Of a stretch of DNA of 64,000 nucleotides, positions 56,481-64,000 are shown piece after piece; position 1 is the first letter of the stretch; each line of letters starts with the position of its first letter. The notes below the pieces were generated by a model. That model saw only the letters and a program-made list of their open reading frames with translations, searched no databases and was not told where the DNA came from. The position numbers and the translations under genes are program-made. The stretch is from a virus (lineage: Duplodnaviria > Caudoviricetes), in the IMG/VR virus record IMGVR_UViG_3300005611_000006; one strand, given 5' to 3'.

Positions 56481-57488
56481 ATGGATTTTTTAAAAGATAT
56501 TGTAAAAGAAATTGGTGATGATTACACCAAACTAGCTGCAGATATTGATGAAACTGAAACATATGTTGACACGGGTTCTTACATTTTTAATGGACTCGTT
56601 TCAGGTAGTATATTTGGTGGTGTCTCTGGCAATAAGATTACTGCCATTGCTGGTGAGTCTAGTACTGGAAAAACTTTTTTTAGCCTCGCAGTGGTTAAGA
56701 ATTTTCTGGACACTAATCCTGATGGATATTGTTTGTATTTTGACACTGAGGCAGCTATCACTAAATCACTTGTAGAAAGTCGTGGGGTTCCTACAGATCG
56801 TTTAGTAGTTGTAAATGTTGTTACTGTTGAAGAGTTCCGTAGTAAAGCTCTTAAAGCTGTAGATATATACTTAAAAAAACCTGAAGATGAACGCAAACCT
56901 TGTATGTTTGTGTTAGACTCTTTAGGAATGCTCTCCACAGAAAAAGAGATTACTGATGCACTGAATGATAAACAAGTTCGTGATATGACAAAATCACAAC
57001 TTATTAAAGGTGCTTTTAGAATGTTGACTTTGAAGTTGGGACAGGCAAAAATTCCAATGATCGTAACCAATCATACCTACGATGTTATCGGTTCTTATGT
57101 TCCTACTAAAGAAATGGGTGGTGGTAGTGGACTTAAGTATGCTGCCTCTACGATCATTTATCTCAGCAAGAAAAAAGAAAAGGATGGAACAGAAGTCATT
57201 GGAAATATTATCAAGGCAAAGACTGCTAAGTCGCGTTTAAGTAAAGAAAATAAGGACGTTGAAATTAGATTATTTTATGATGAACGTGGTTTAGATCGAT
57301 ATTACGGATTGCTTGAATTGGGAGAACTTGGTGGAATTTGGAAGAACGTAGCAGGACGTTATGAAATAGATGGTAAAAAAGTTTATGCAAAACAAATCTA
57401 TAAAGAACCCGAAAAATATTTCACTCCAGAAGTAATGCAAGCTTTAGATGAAATTGCGAGAGGAGAATTTTCATATGGTAAATCTTGA
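56481..57488 (+). CDS. uvsX: RecA-like recombinase UvsX
   Basis: AGESSTGKTF, YFDTE, VLDSLGML and MGGGSGLKYAAS. Confidence 0.96.
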   Translation: MDFLKDIVKEIGDDYTKLAADIDETETYVDTGSYIFNGLVSGSIFGGVSGNKITAIAGESSTGKTFFSLAVVKNFLDTNPDGYCLYFDTEAAITKSLVESRGVPTDRLVVVNVVTVEEFRSKALKAVDIYLKKPEDERKPCMFVLDSLGMLSTEKEITDALNDKQVRDMTKSQLIKGAFRMLTLKLGQAKIPMIVTNHTYDVIGSYVPTKEMGGGSGLKYAASTIIYLSKKKEKDGTEVIGNIIKAKTAKSRLSKENKDVEIRLFYDERGLDRYYGLLELGELGGIWKNVAGRYEIDGKKVYAKQIYKEPEKYFTPEVMQALDEIARGEFSYGKS

Positions 57489-58032
57489 CAATTTGATTCA
57501 AGTATATGAAAATTCTTTAGATGAAAGCATTTGCAATTTTTTAATTGATACATTTGAAAATCTTAGTGAATATCAAGAAAAAATTAATAATGATTTTAAA
57601 CCTTCATTCACTCAATTTAATTTAACTGCTTGTTCTAAATTAAGTAAAGAACTTGAAGAAGTTCATAATCATGTAATTCGTAAAACTATTGAGCATAGAA
57701 ATAGTTATTATGATTTTATTGATGATAGAGTGTTTCCTGAATCACATTCATTTGAACAATTTAGGGTTAAGCGGTATAATAATGATGGTCAAGATCAGTT
57801 TAATACTCACGTAGATGTTCAAGATTATGAATCAGCAAGAAGGTTTTTAACCTTTATTTGGTACTTGAATAATGTTGAAGAAGGAGGAGAAACTGAATTT
57901 ATTAATATGAAAGTTTCTCCAAAACGAGGAAGTTTAGTTGTATTTCCTCCATTATGGATGTTTCCTCATAGGGGACTTCCTCCAATTAGCAACAAAAAAT
58001 ACATTTTACATACATATTTACACTATAAATGA
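57475..58032 (+). CDS. 2OG-Fe(II) oxygenase
   Basis: HxD (HVD), YLNNVEEGGETEF, FPP.W.FPH.G and KY. Confidence 0.9.
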   Translation: MVNLDNLIQVYENSLDESICNFLIDTFENLSEYQEKINNDFKPSFTQFNLTACSKLSKELEEVHNHVIRKTIEHRNSYYDFIDDRVFPESHSFEQFRVKRYNNDGQDQFNTHVDVQDYESARRFLTFIWYLNNVEEGGETEFINMKVSPKRGSLVVFPPLWMFPHRGLPPISNKKYILHTYLHYK

Positions 58033-59411
58033 TGGAAAACATTGAAACTACTATTATCAGAAATCTTCTTTTCAACAATGACTATTGTAGAAAAGTTCTT
58101 CCATTTATTAACAAAGAATATTTTGAAAATTTTCATGAGAAAGTAGTTTTTGAAGAAATTTCTAAATTTATGGTTTCATATGAAAATCTTGCAACAAAAG
58201 AAGTATTGTTAATTGAATCTGAAAAAAGAACAGATATCACAGAAGACACATATAAAGTTGTTTGTGAATATGTATCTTCTCTTGATAATTCTCCTGCAGA
58301 CTTAGAATGGCTCTATGATGTAACTGAAAAGTGGTGTAGAGATCGTGCAATTTATATTGCTTTGATGGAATCTATTAAGATTGCTGATGGTCAGGATGAG
58401 AAGAAAAACAGAGATGCAATTCCAAGCATTCTTCAAGAAGCTTTATCTGTAAGTTTTGATAACAATATTGGTCACGACTATTTACAAAATTATGAAGAAA
58501 GATATGAATACTATCATAAGAAAGAGGAGAAACTTCCGTTTGATCTTGAATATTTTAACAAAATTACCAAAGGTGGGTTGCCTCCTAAAACTCTTAATAT
58601 CGCGCTTGCTGGTACAGGTGTCGGCAAATCTCTATTCATGTGCCACGTTGCTAGCTCCGTCTTGCTCCAAGGACGGAACGTTCTCTATATTACAATGGAG
58701 ATGGCAGAAGAGAAAATTGCTGAACGAATTGACGCAAATCTTTTGAACGTACCGATTCAACAACTAACTGATTTACCAAAAGCAATGTTTGAGAATAGGG
58801 TAAATAAGATTAGCAAGAAAACACAGGGAACTTTTATTATTAAAGAATATCCGACCGCTTCTGCTCATACAGGGCACTTCAAGTCACTTCTTAATGAACT
58901 TGCACTTAAGAAATCTTTTAAACCTGATATAATTTTTATCGACTATTTGAATATCTGTGCTTCTAGTAGATATAAGTCAAACTTTTCAGTAAACTCATAT
59001 TCTTATGTAAAGGCGATTGCTGAAGAACTTCGTGGACTTGCTGTTGAATATAATGTTCCGATTGTGAGTGCAACTCAAACAACTCGTAGTGGTTATGGTA
59101 ACTCTGATGTAGAATTGACAGATACTTCAGAATCTTTCGGTCTTCCTGCAACTGCTGATCTTATGTTTGCACTTATTGCTACAGAAGAACTTGAGAATCT
59201 TGGTCAGATTATGGTCAAGCAACTTAAAAATCGTTATAATGATCCAACAATGAATAAAAGATTTATTGTTGGTATTGATCGTGCGAAAATGAGATTGTAC
59301 GATTGTGAACAATCCGCACAAGAAGATATACTTGACTCTGGTAAAGATGAAGAGTATAATCCTGAAGAGGATCAAAAACAAAACAAATTTTCTGGTTTTA
59401 AATTCACATGA
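58029..59411 (+). CDS. gp41: Replicative helicase gp41
   Basis: AGTGVGKS, IDYLNI, SATQTTR, SESFGLPATAD and KQLKNRY. Confidence 0.97.
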   Translation: MMENIETTIIRNLLFNNDYCRKVLPFINKEYFENFHEKVVFEEISKFMVSYENLATKEVLLIESEKRTDITEDTYKVVCEYVSSLDNSPADLEWLYDVTEKWCRDRAIYIALMESIKIADGQDEKKNRDAIPSILQEALSVSFDNNIGHDYLQNYEERYEYYHKKEEKLPFDLEYFNKITKGGLPPKTLNIALAGTGVGKSLFMCHVASSVLLQGRNVLYITMEMAEEKIAERIDANLLNVPIQQLTDLPKAMFENRVNKISKKTQGTFIIKEYPTASAHTGHFKSLLNELALKKSFKPDIIFIDYLNICASSRYKSNFSVNSYSYVKAIAEELRGLAVEYNVPIVSATQTTRSGYGNSDVELTDTSESFGLPATADLMFALIATEELENLGQIMVKQLKNRYNDPTMNKRFIVGIDRAKMRLYDCEQSAQEDILDSGKDEEYNPEEDQKQNKFSGFKFT

Positions 59412-59818
59412 GTAAAAAAATTAATTTTAATAAGTATACAGAATTCGTAGATGCTGTTACTTCTGATGCATCAAAAGATTTTGTAGCACTCTCTGATCGT
59501 ATGGTAGAATTAGATCAGAAAGGAGCAAACATTGAACGTCTTTTGACTGCTGGAGTTGGAATCAATGCAGAAGCAGGAGAATTCCTAGAAATTGTAAAGA
59601 AGATGATTTTCCAAGGAAAGCCCTGGAATAAAGATAATAAAGATCATCTTATTATTGAACTTGGAGATGTAATGTGGTACGTTGCTCAAGCTTGTATTGC
59701 TCTTGAAGTATCTTTGGATGAAGTTGTTTCTGGTAATGTTGATAAACTGATGAAAAGGTATCCTGGTGGAAACTTTGATGTTTATTATAGCGAACATCGA
59801 TCTGAAGACGATAGGTGA
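59408..59818 (+). CDS. mazG: MazG-family nucleotide pyrophosphohydrolase
   Basis: G..AEAGEF.E.VKK and ELGDVMWY...N..KL..RYP. Confidence 0.92.
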   Translation: MSKKINFNKYTEFVDAVTSDASKDFVALSDRMVELDQKGANIERLLTAGVGINAEAGEFLEIVKKMIFQGKPWNKDNKDHLIIELGDVMWYVAQACIALEVSLDEVVSGNVDKLMKRYPGGNFDVYYSEHRSEDDR

Positions 59819-59823
59819 TTTTC

Positions 59824-59856
59824 AAATCTCGTTTCTAAATATAAGAAACGAGATTT
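59824..59856 (+). promoter_or_regulatory. 13-bp perfect hairpin with a late-promoter motif in its loop
   Basis: aaatctcgtttct-aaatata-agaaacgagattt; CTAAATA at 59835-59841; ATG 3 nt after the stem. Confidence 0.75.
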
Positions 59857-59859
59857 TTT

Positions 59860-60588
59860 ATGGCTTTAAATAAGGGGCAGATATATGAAAGATCTATTTT
59901 TAGAGAGTTGAAAAGGAGTGGAAAAATTCCTGATTATATTAATAGAAATGAACAAATATCTGGTCAGGACGTTACAGTCTATAATCAATTTGGACAATCT
60001 GGAATTGAAATTAAGAGTAATATTGGTGCTGCATTTGGATCCGGAACTTTGAAGTTTAATCACTCAAAATTGAATGATCCTTGGGTTTTAACTGAAACAA
60101 ATGAGCAAGATGAAGAAGATACTTCAAAACAAATTATGAAAAATGTTGCTAATAAATATAAATTGACTGATATAGTCAATAAAAAGTGGTATAGAGATAA
60201 TGATAATTATTATCCATTTTATTTGGAAGAAAGTAATCCATCTCCAGCAAGACCTATTCTTTCTATTCCTAGAAGTAAGAGGGGAAAGCAAGATTTAGAG
60301 GCATTGGGTGATATTAAAATAAAATGCTCAAAAGATGATATTGTAAATTATTACACTAGCAAAGGATCACATTATATTCAAGTTGGAAATAAAGGATTAT
60401 ACTGGTTTGGTAAAGAAGACCCTTTAAAAATATCAAATAAGATTCCTATATTTTATCCGGGAGAAACTTTTATAAGAGTTAGAGTTCAACCAAAAGGATC
60501 TGGAACTTATAATTTTTCTTATGGACTTTACATTAAAAGATTATCAAGTTCTAATGAAGACTTATCCAAGAATCCTTACGTCATATGA
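59860..60588 (+). CDS. Putative PD-(D/E)XK nuclease
   Basis: G..YE helix, then QDV and IEIK spaced like the D...ExK active site. Confidence 0.6.
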   Translation: MALNKGQIYERSIFRELKRSGKIPDYINRNEQISGQDVTVYNQFGQSGIEIKSNIGAAFGSGTLKFNHSKLNDPWVLTETNEQDEEDTSKQIMKNVANKYKLTDIVNKKWYRDNDNYYPFYLEESNPSPARPILSIPRSKRGKQDLEALGDIKIKCSKDDIVNYYTSKGSHYIQVGNKGLYWFGKEDPLKISNKIPIFYPGETFIRVRVQPKGSGTYNFSYGLYIKRLSSSNEDLSKNPYVI

Positions 60589-60809
60589 AAGAACTATTTT
60601 TAGAACTTATTAAAATATATAAAAACTCTATTAAGATAAAACAGATAAAGAAAATATCTATCCAAAATTTTTCAAGATTTTTTATATCATTTGTAGATTC
60701 TAATAAAAATCCAAAGGATAATAAAGATAAATATTTACATCTAAAAAAAGCAGGTCTTAGTTATATTAATAACAATCAAGACCTTATTTACAGAGAAATT
60801 AATAAATGA
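60585..60809 (+). CDS. Hypothetical basic protein
   Basis: 74-aa ORF overlapping both neighbours. Confidence 0.65.
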   Translation: MKELFLELIKIYKNSIKIKQIKKISIQNFSRFFISFVDSNKNPKDNKDKYLHLKKAGLSYINNNQDLIYREINK

Positions 60810-61906
60810 AAAGATTTTTAGATTTTTTATCCGAAGCATTAGAAACTTCAGCATCAACTCAAGCAAAAAGATTGGGGTTGATTGGAAATGGTCATGGTGA
60901 CTGGTATGATCGCCAGGGAAATTTAGTTGCAAAAACTGTTAAGGGGCAACTCAAAATTTTCAGTGGGAGTAAATCTGAAAAAAAATCTGAAGGTGATAAA
61001 GATGTTAAATCTACTTCCAAATCAGATTATAAGTCTACTGGAAGTGGATCATCTAGGAAATCTCCTAGACAGTCAGAAGTTTCAAAGAAATTAAAAGACA
61101 TTGCGGCAAGAGCAAAAGAAGTAAAAATGACTCGAAGAGTGCAACCCACTCAAAAAAATGATGTAGTAAGTATTGCTTTTGGTAAGTTTAACCCACCATC
61201 TAAAGATCATCAGAAACTTTTCAAAACTTTGGAGAAGGTTTCTTCTGGTGGGGAATTCTATATTTTTCCTAGCAGAACACAAGACGGAAAGAGAAATCCT
61301 TTAGATCCTGAATTGAAGATTGCGTATATGAAAGAAATGTATCCAGAATATGCTGAAGTCATTGTGGATGATGATAAATTTAAAACTATTTTTGATGCAT
61401 TAACTTTTTTAAACCAAAAAGGGTATACTTCTATAAACATTGTTGCTGGTGCAGAGAGAGTTGCAGAAATTGATAGTTTAACTTCAAAGTCTAATGGTGA
61501 AAAATATCAGTATGAAAAAATAAATGTTATTTCTTCTGGAGAAAAAGATTCCGAGTCACAATCATCAGTTGCAAGAGAGTCTGCACTTAATGGGGATATT
61601 GATACTTTTATTGAGACAATGCCAGAATCTATGGATAATGAATTGAAAGAAAAGTTATATAACGATTTAAAAGCATCAATGAATTCAAAGGAATCTTATA
61701 AATGGGAAATTTCTCCAGAGTTAAATTGGAAAAGTTTAAGAGAAAATTATATTTCTGGAAAAATTTTTAATGTAGGAACAATTATAGAAAATTGTAATAC
61801 AGGACTTAGAGGAGAAATAATTCGCTCTGGAGCAAACCATTTAATTTGTGTAAGTGAAGATGGCCTTATGTTTAAATCTTGGATTAAGGATGTTTGTGAA
61901 TGTTAG
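60806..61906 (+). CDS. Cytidyltransferase-like (HIGH-family nucleotidyltransferase) protein
   Basis: AFGKFNPP...H, SRTQD.K.NPL and VAGAERV; C-terminal LRENY..G.IF.VG module. Confidence 0.8.
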   Translation: MKRFLDFLSEALETSASTQAKRLGLIGNGHGDWYDRQGNLVAKTVKGQLKIFSGSKSEKKSEGDKDVKSTSKSDYKSTGSGSSRKSPRQSEVSKKLKDIAARAKEVKMTRRVQPTQKNDVVSIAFGKFNPPSKDHQKLFKTLEKVSSGGEFYIFPSRTQDGKRNPLDPELKIAYMKEMYPEYAEVIVDDDKFKTIFDALTFLNQKGYTSINIVAGAERVAEIDSLTSKSNGEKYQYEKINVISSGEKDSESQSSVARESALNGDIDTFIETMPESMDNELKEKLYNDLKASMNSKESYKWEISPELNWKSLRENYISGKIFNVGTIIENCNTGLRGEIIRSGANHLICVSEDGLMFKSWIKDVCEC

Positions 61907-61941
61907 TTATAAATAAAAAAAGGAAATCTGTAAGTAAGTAA

Positions 61942-62511
61942 ATGTCTAATCCTTGGTCCAATCCATTTAAAGAAATTAGATACTCTAATTTTGAGATAGA
62001 AGATCCATATACTTCAATTGAAGAGAAAAAAAACTATTCTCCTTCTAGAGACAAGGATAATGATGGAGACAATGATTTTGCTGATAATATGATCGCAAGA
62101 ATGGTTGCCTCCGGAATTAGTGAAAAGGAAGCATCTGAAAAAGTTAAAAATAAGTCTTACAATAAAAAAAGTAAGACGATTGACGTAATGCCATCTGGAG
62201 AAAAAAATTCAGTGAAAATAAATCCAGAAGTGAATGAAGCAACTTCGATTGAAATGGGAGAAAAGTTTGATATTACAAAGCAATCTTCAAAAAGAAAATC
62301 TTTAGGTAGAAAATCCTCTATAAAAGATGGATCCAAACCAACAGGTTATGAATCTCCAAAAGAATTTAGAGATGCTGAGAAAAAATTCTCAAAGAAAACA
62401 TATTCTGAAGAATTTGGGAATTGGGTCAATAGTCTTATTGATGAGGGGTGTAATATTTCAGAATATACTTTGATGGAGATGGTTAAAATTTTTGAGTCTG
62501 AACATTCATAA
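61942..62511 (+). CDS. Hypothetical charged late protein
   Basis: DKDNDGDNDFAD.MIARM motif; TATAAATA at 61908-61915. Confidence 0.75.
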   Translation: MSNPWSNPFKEIRYSNFEIEDPYTSIEEKKNYSPSRDKDNDGDNDFADNMIARMVASGISEKEASEKVKNKSYNKKSKTIDVMPSGEKNSVKINPEVNEATSIEMGEKFDITKQSSKRKSLGRKSSIKDGSKPTGYESPKEFRDAEKKFSKKTYSEEFGNWVNSLIDEGCNISEYTLMEMVKIFESEHS

Positions 62512-62556
62512 ATATTTGAGGGAAACCCTAAATTAAGATTACTTTAAGGGGGAAAA

Positions 62557-62721
62557 ATGTCCAATCTCATAAATCTATTCAAACCAATTATTATCGCTTT
62601 CTTGTCCTCTACTCAGGTAAAGGAACTAGTATGTGATCTTTTGGATCGTTACGTTCAAACTACAGATAACGATATTGATGATGTTATTTCAGATACAGTA
62701 AGAAAGGCTCTTCTAAAGTGA
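62557..62721 (+). CDS. Small hypothetical protein (54 aa)
   Basis: Translated by hand: MSNLINLFKPIIIAFLSSTQVKELVCDLLDRYVQTTDNDIDDVISDTVRKALLK; G-rich RBS. Confidence 0.75.
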   Translation: MSNLINLFKPIIIAFLSSTQVKELVCDLLDRYVQTTDNDIDDVISDTVRKALLK

Positions 62722-62882
62722 TCTCTGCACTAACTTGCATTTTTTATGCACACGGAGCAGCAATAATTTTTGCTTTTCTATTTGCAGTTTCAGAATGGGT
62801 TGGAAATAATAAAAAAATCAAACAAAATTCAATATATCAAATCATTAATACTTTTTTGAAGAGTATAGTTAACAGTAAATAA
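62718..62882 (+). CDS. Small membrane protein (54 aa), holin-like candidate
   Basis: GTGA overlap; MISALTCIFYAHGAAIIFAFLFAVSEWVGNNKKIKQNSIYQIINTFLKSIVNSK. Confidence 0.65.
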   Translation: MISALTCIFYAHGAAIIFAFLFAVSEWVGNNKKIKQNSIYQIINTFLKSIVNSK

Positions 62883-62886
62883 ACTT

Positions 62887-62915
62887 TTGGGGGAAGTCTC
62901 ATTTCCCCCATTTTT
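62887..62915 (+). terminator. Rho-independent terminator
   Basis: tgggggaa-gtctcat-ttccccca followed by a T tract, immediately followed by TATAAATA (62915-62922). Confidence 0.8.
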
Positions 62916-62948
62916 ATAAATAAATTTAGGAAAATTAAGGAAAATCAA

Positions 62949-63713
62949 ATGGCACTTTGGGGAATTTCAACAAATTCAGAAACTTCGGGTAATAATTTTG
63001 CTATCCCAAAATACTTAGGAAATTATTCTTCTGACAATTCTTTGTTTGAGGCAACTGATAGAAACACAAGTCCTTATGATTGCTTTGCAGATAATCGTGG
63101 GTGGGTATTCAGACATTACAAGAATTCTCATCACTCAGGATTAACTTCAAAATATAATGATGAAATTCTAGTTCCTGTTGCTGGTTTAAACACAACTGGT
63201 GCTGGAACAAGCACAACTGGTTTAGGACTTGCCACTCCCATTGCAGTGTTCTTTGAGGATCCTAATTTTGCATCTCCAATCAGTGTCGCAGCTGGTGGTA
63301 CAACTGGAATTGGAACTGGAACAACTGGATATGTTCACGTTGTTTGGAACGAAGCAGTTTATTGTGGTGCTGGAGCAACTATTTTAATTAATGGTGATGA
63401 CGGAAGCGTTGTTGTTGGTACTGCTGCTTCTGCTGGAGCAGAAGTTCAAGTTAATGTTCCTGGTGTTGGGCAAACAGTAGTGACCTTCAATGGTCAAATT
63501 ACGAATAGAGTTGCATTTACATTCACTGCTCCAAGTGGAATTGGAACAGTATTAACTATTGATGACTCCACATCAGTAGTTGGTACTATTACAGACTTTT
63601 CTGGTGGATCTGCAGTAACAAAAACTATTTCCGGATTAGTTAAAAATATTGCTGGTGCAGGAACAACTGCAGGAGTAGGCATCGGAGTAACAACACTAAC
63701 AATCACTGCTTGA
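62949..63713 (+). CDS. Gly/Thr-rich virion structural protein
   Basis: MALWG start, FAD.RGWV.RH and VHVVWNE.V; late promoter upstream. Confidence 0.75.
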   Translation: MALWGISTNSETSGNNFAIPKYLGNYSSDNSLFEATDRNTSPYDCFADNRGWVFRHYKNSHHSGLTSKYNDEILVPVAGLNTTGAGTSTTGLGLATPIAVFFEDPNFASPISVAAGGTTGIGTGTTGYVHVVWNEAVYCGAGATILINGDDGSVVVGTAASAGAEVQVNVPGVGQTVVTFNGQITNRVAFTFTAPSGIGTVLTIDDSTSVVGTITDFSGGSAVTKTISGLVKNIAGAGTTAGVGIGVTTLTITA

Positions 63714-63714
63714 T

Positions 63715-64000
63715 ATGAAATTTGACGAGTTGAACGAAGATAATTACATATTATTTGCAATTAAGTATTACGATAATCCTCAAGCAGTAACTAAAGAAGA
63801 TTTCTTTGAGGATTTGAATCGATTCAAATATATTAAAAAACTTCTTAGAAAATATGTTAAGGGTGGAGAATTAAAAGTTGAACTTTTAATTAATCATTTT
63901 ATTATCATATTTAATATCTTTGATGATGCAGCAGCTCCTTTACTTTTTTATAAACTTGAAAAGGAGTTGTGGTCATCTATAAAAACTTTTTTATATTTTT
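63715..64000 (+). CDS. Conserved T4-like hypothetical protein (truncated by the window end)
   Basis: MKFDELNEDNYILFAIKYYDNPQ...DF.EDL.RFKYIK.LL...LINH.II..N.F; no stop codon before the window end. Confidence 0.8.
   Translation, partial: MKFDELNEDNYILFAIKYYDNPQAVTKEDFFEDLNRFKYIKKLLRKYVKGGELKVELLINHFIIIFNIFDDAAAPLLFYKLEKELWSSIKTFLYF

Noticed and set aside
55231-57070. Long antisense ORFs 55231..55695 and 56579..57070
   Set aside because: They lie opposite conserved gp43 and uvsX regions, have no expression signals, and are consistent with shadow frames.
41491-57474. Longer upstream starts given by the ORF track (41491, 44486, 48304, 50151, 50768, 53071, 57448; also 1619)
   Set aside because: Downstream ATGs fit RBS, promoter position, gene overlaps and family N-termini better.
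30710-59411. Inteins or introns in gp17, gp20, gp43 or gp41
   Set aside because: The ORFs are continuous and of ordinary length, with no splice-junction motifs.
1-64000. tRNA, rRNA or photosynthesis genes (psbA, hli)
   Set aside because: No cloverleaf or T-loop signatures in the intergenic gaps and no matching ORFs in this window.

Overview
This is a 64 kb segment of an AT-rich T4-like cyanomyovirus (Kyanoviridae-like). Essentially all genes are on the + strand. In order: (1) about 0.9 kb of non-coding, origin-like DNA with tandem repeats, divergent sigma70 promoters and three TTTTCCACA boxes; (2) a glycosyltransferase and an ATP-grasp-like gene plus small ORFs; (3) the baseplate, neck, tail, terminase and head module (gp25, 6, 7-like, 8, VrlC-like, 13-23, 3); (4) the recombination, replication and transcription module (uvsY, uvsW, gp55, 47, 46, 45, 44, a GIY-YIG endonuclease, dam, gp62, regA, hsp20, gp43, uvsX, 2OG-Fe(II) oxygenase, gp41, mazG); (5) late hypothetical genes. 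I saw no tRNA, rRNA, CRISPR array, intein or intron. The most interesting candidates are: +1-frame ORFs nested in core replication genes where codon usage turns atypical; cyanobacterial-type DnaA boxes between divergent promoters; T4 capsid-targeting-like N-termini marking putative packaged cargo; a ROSE-like thermometer and a candidate late sRNA flanking hsp20; a perfect antisense sigma70 promoter facing uvsW; and a nuclease gene controlled by a hairpin with an embedded late promoter. All family calls come from motif recognition and synteny; no database search was run.
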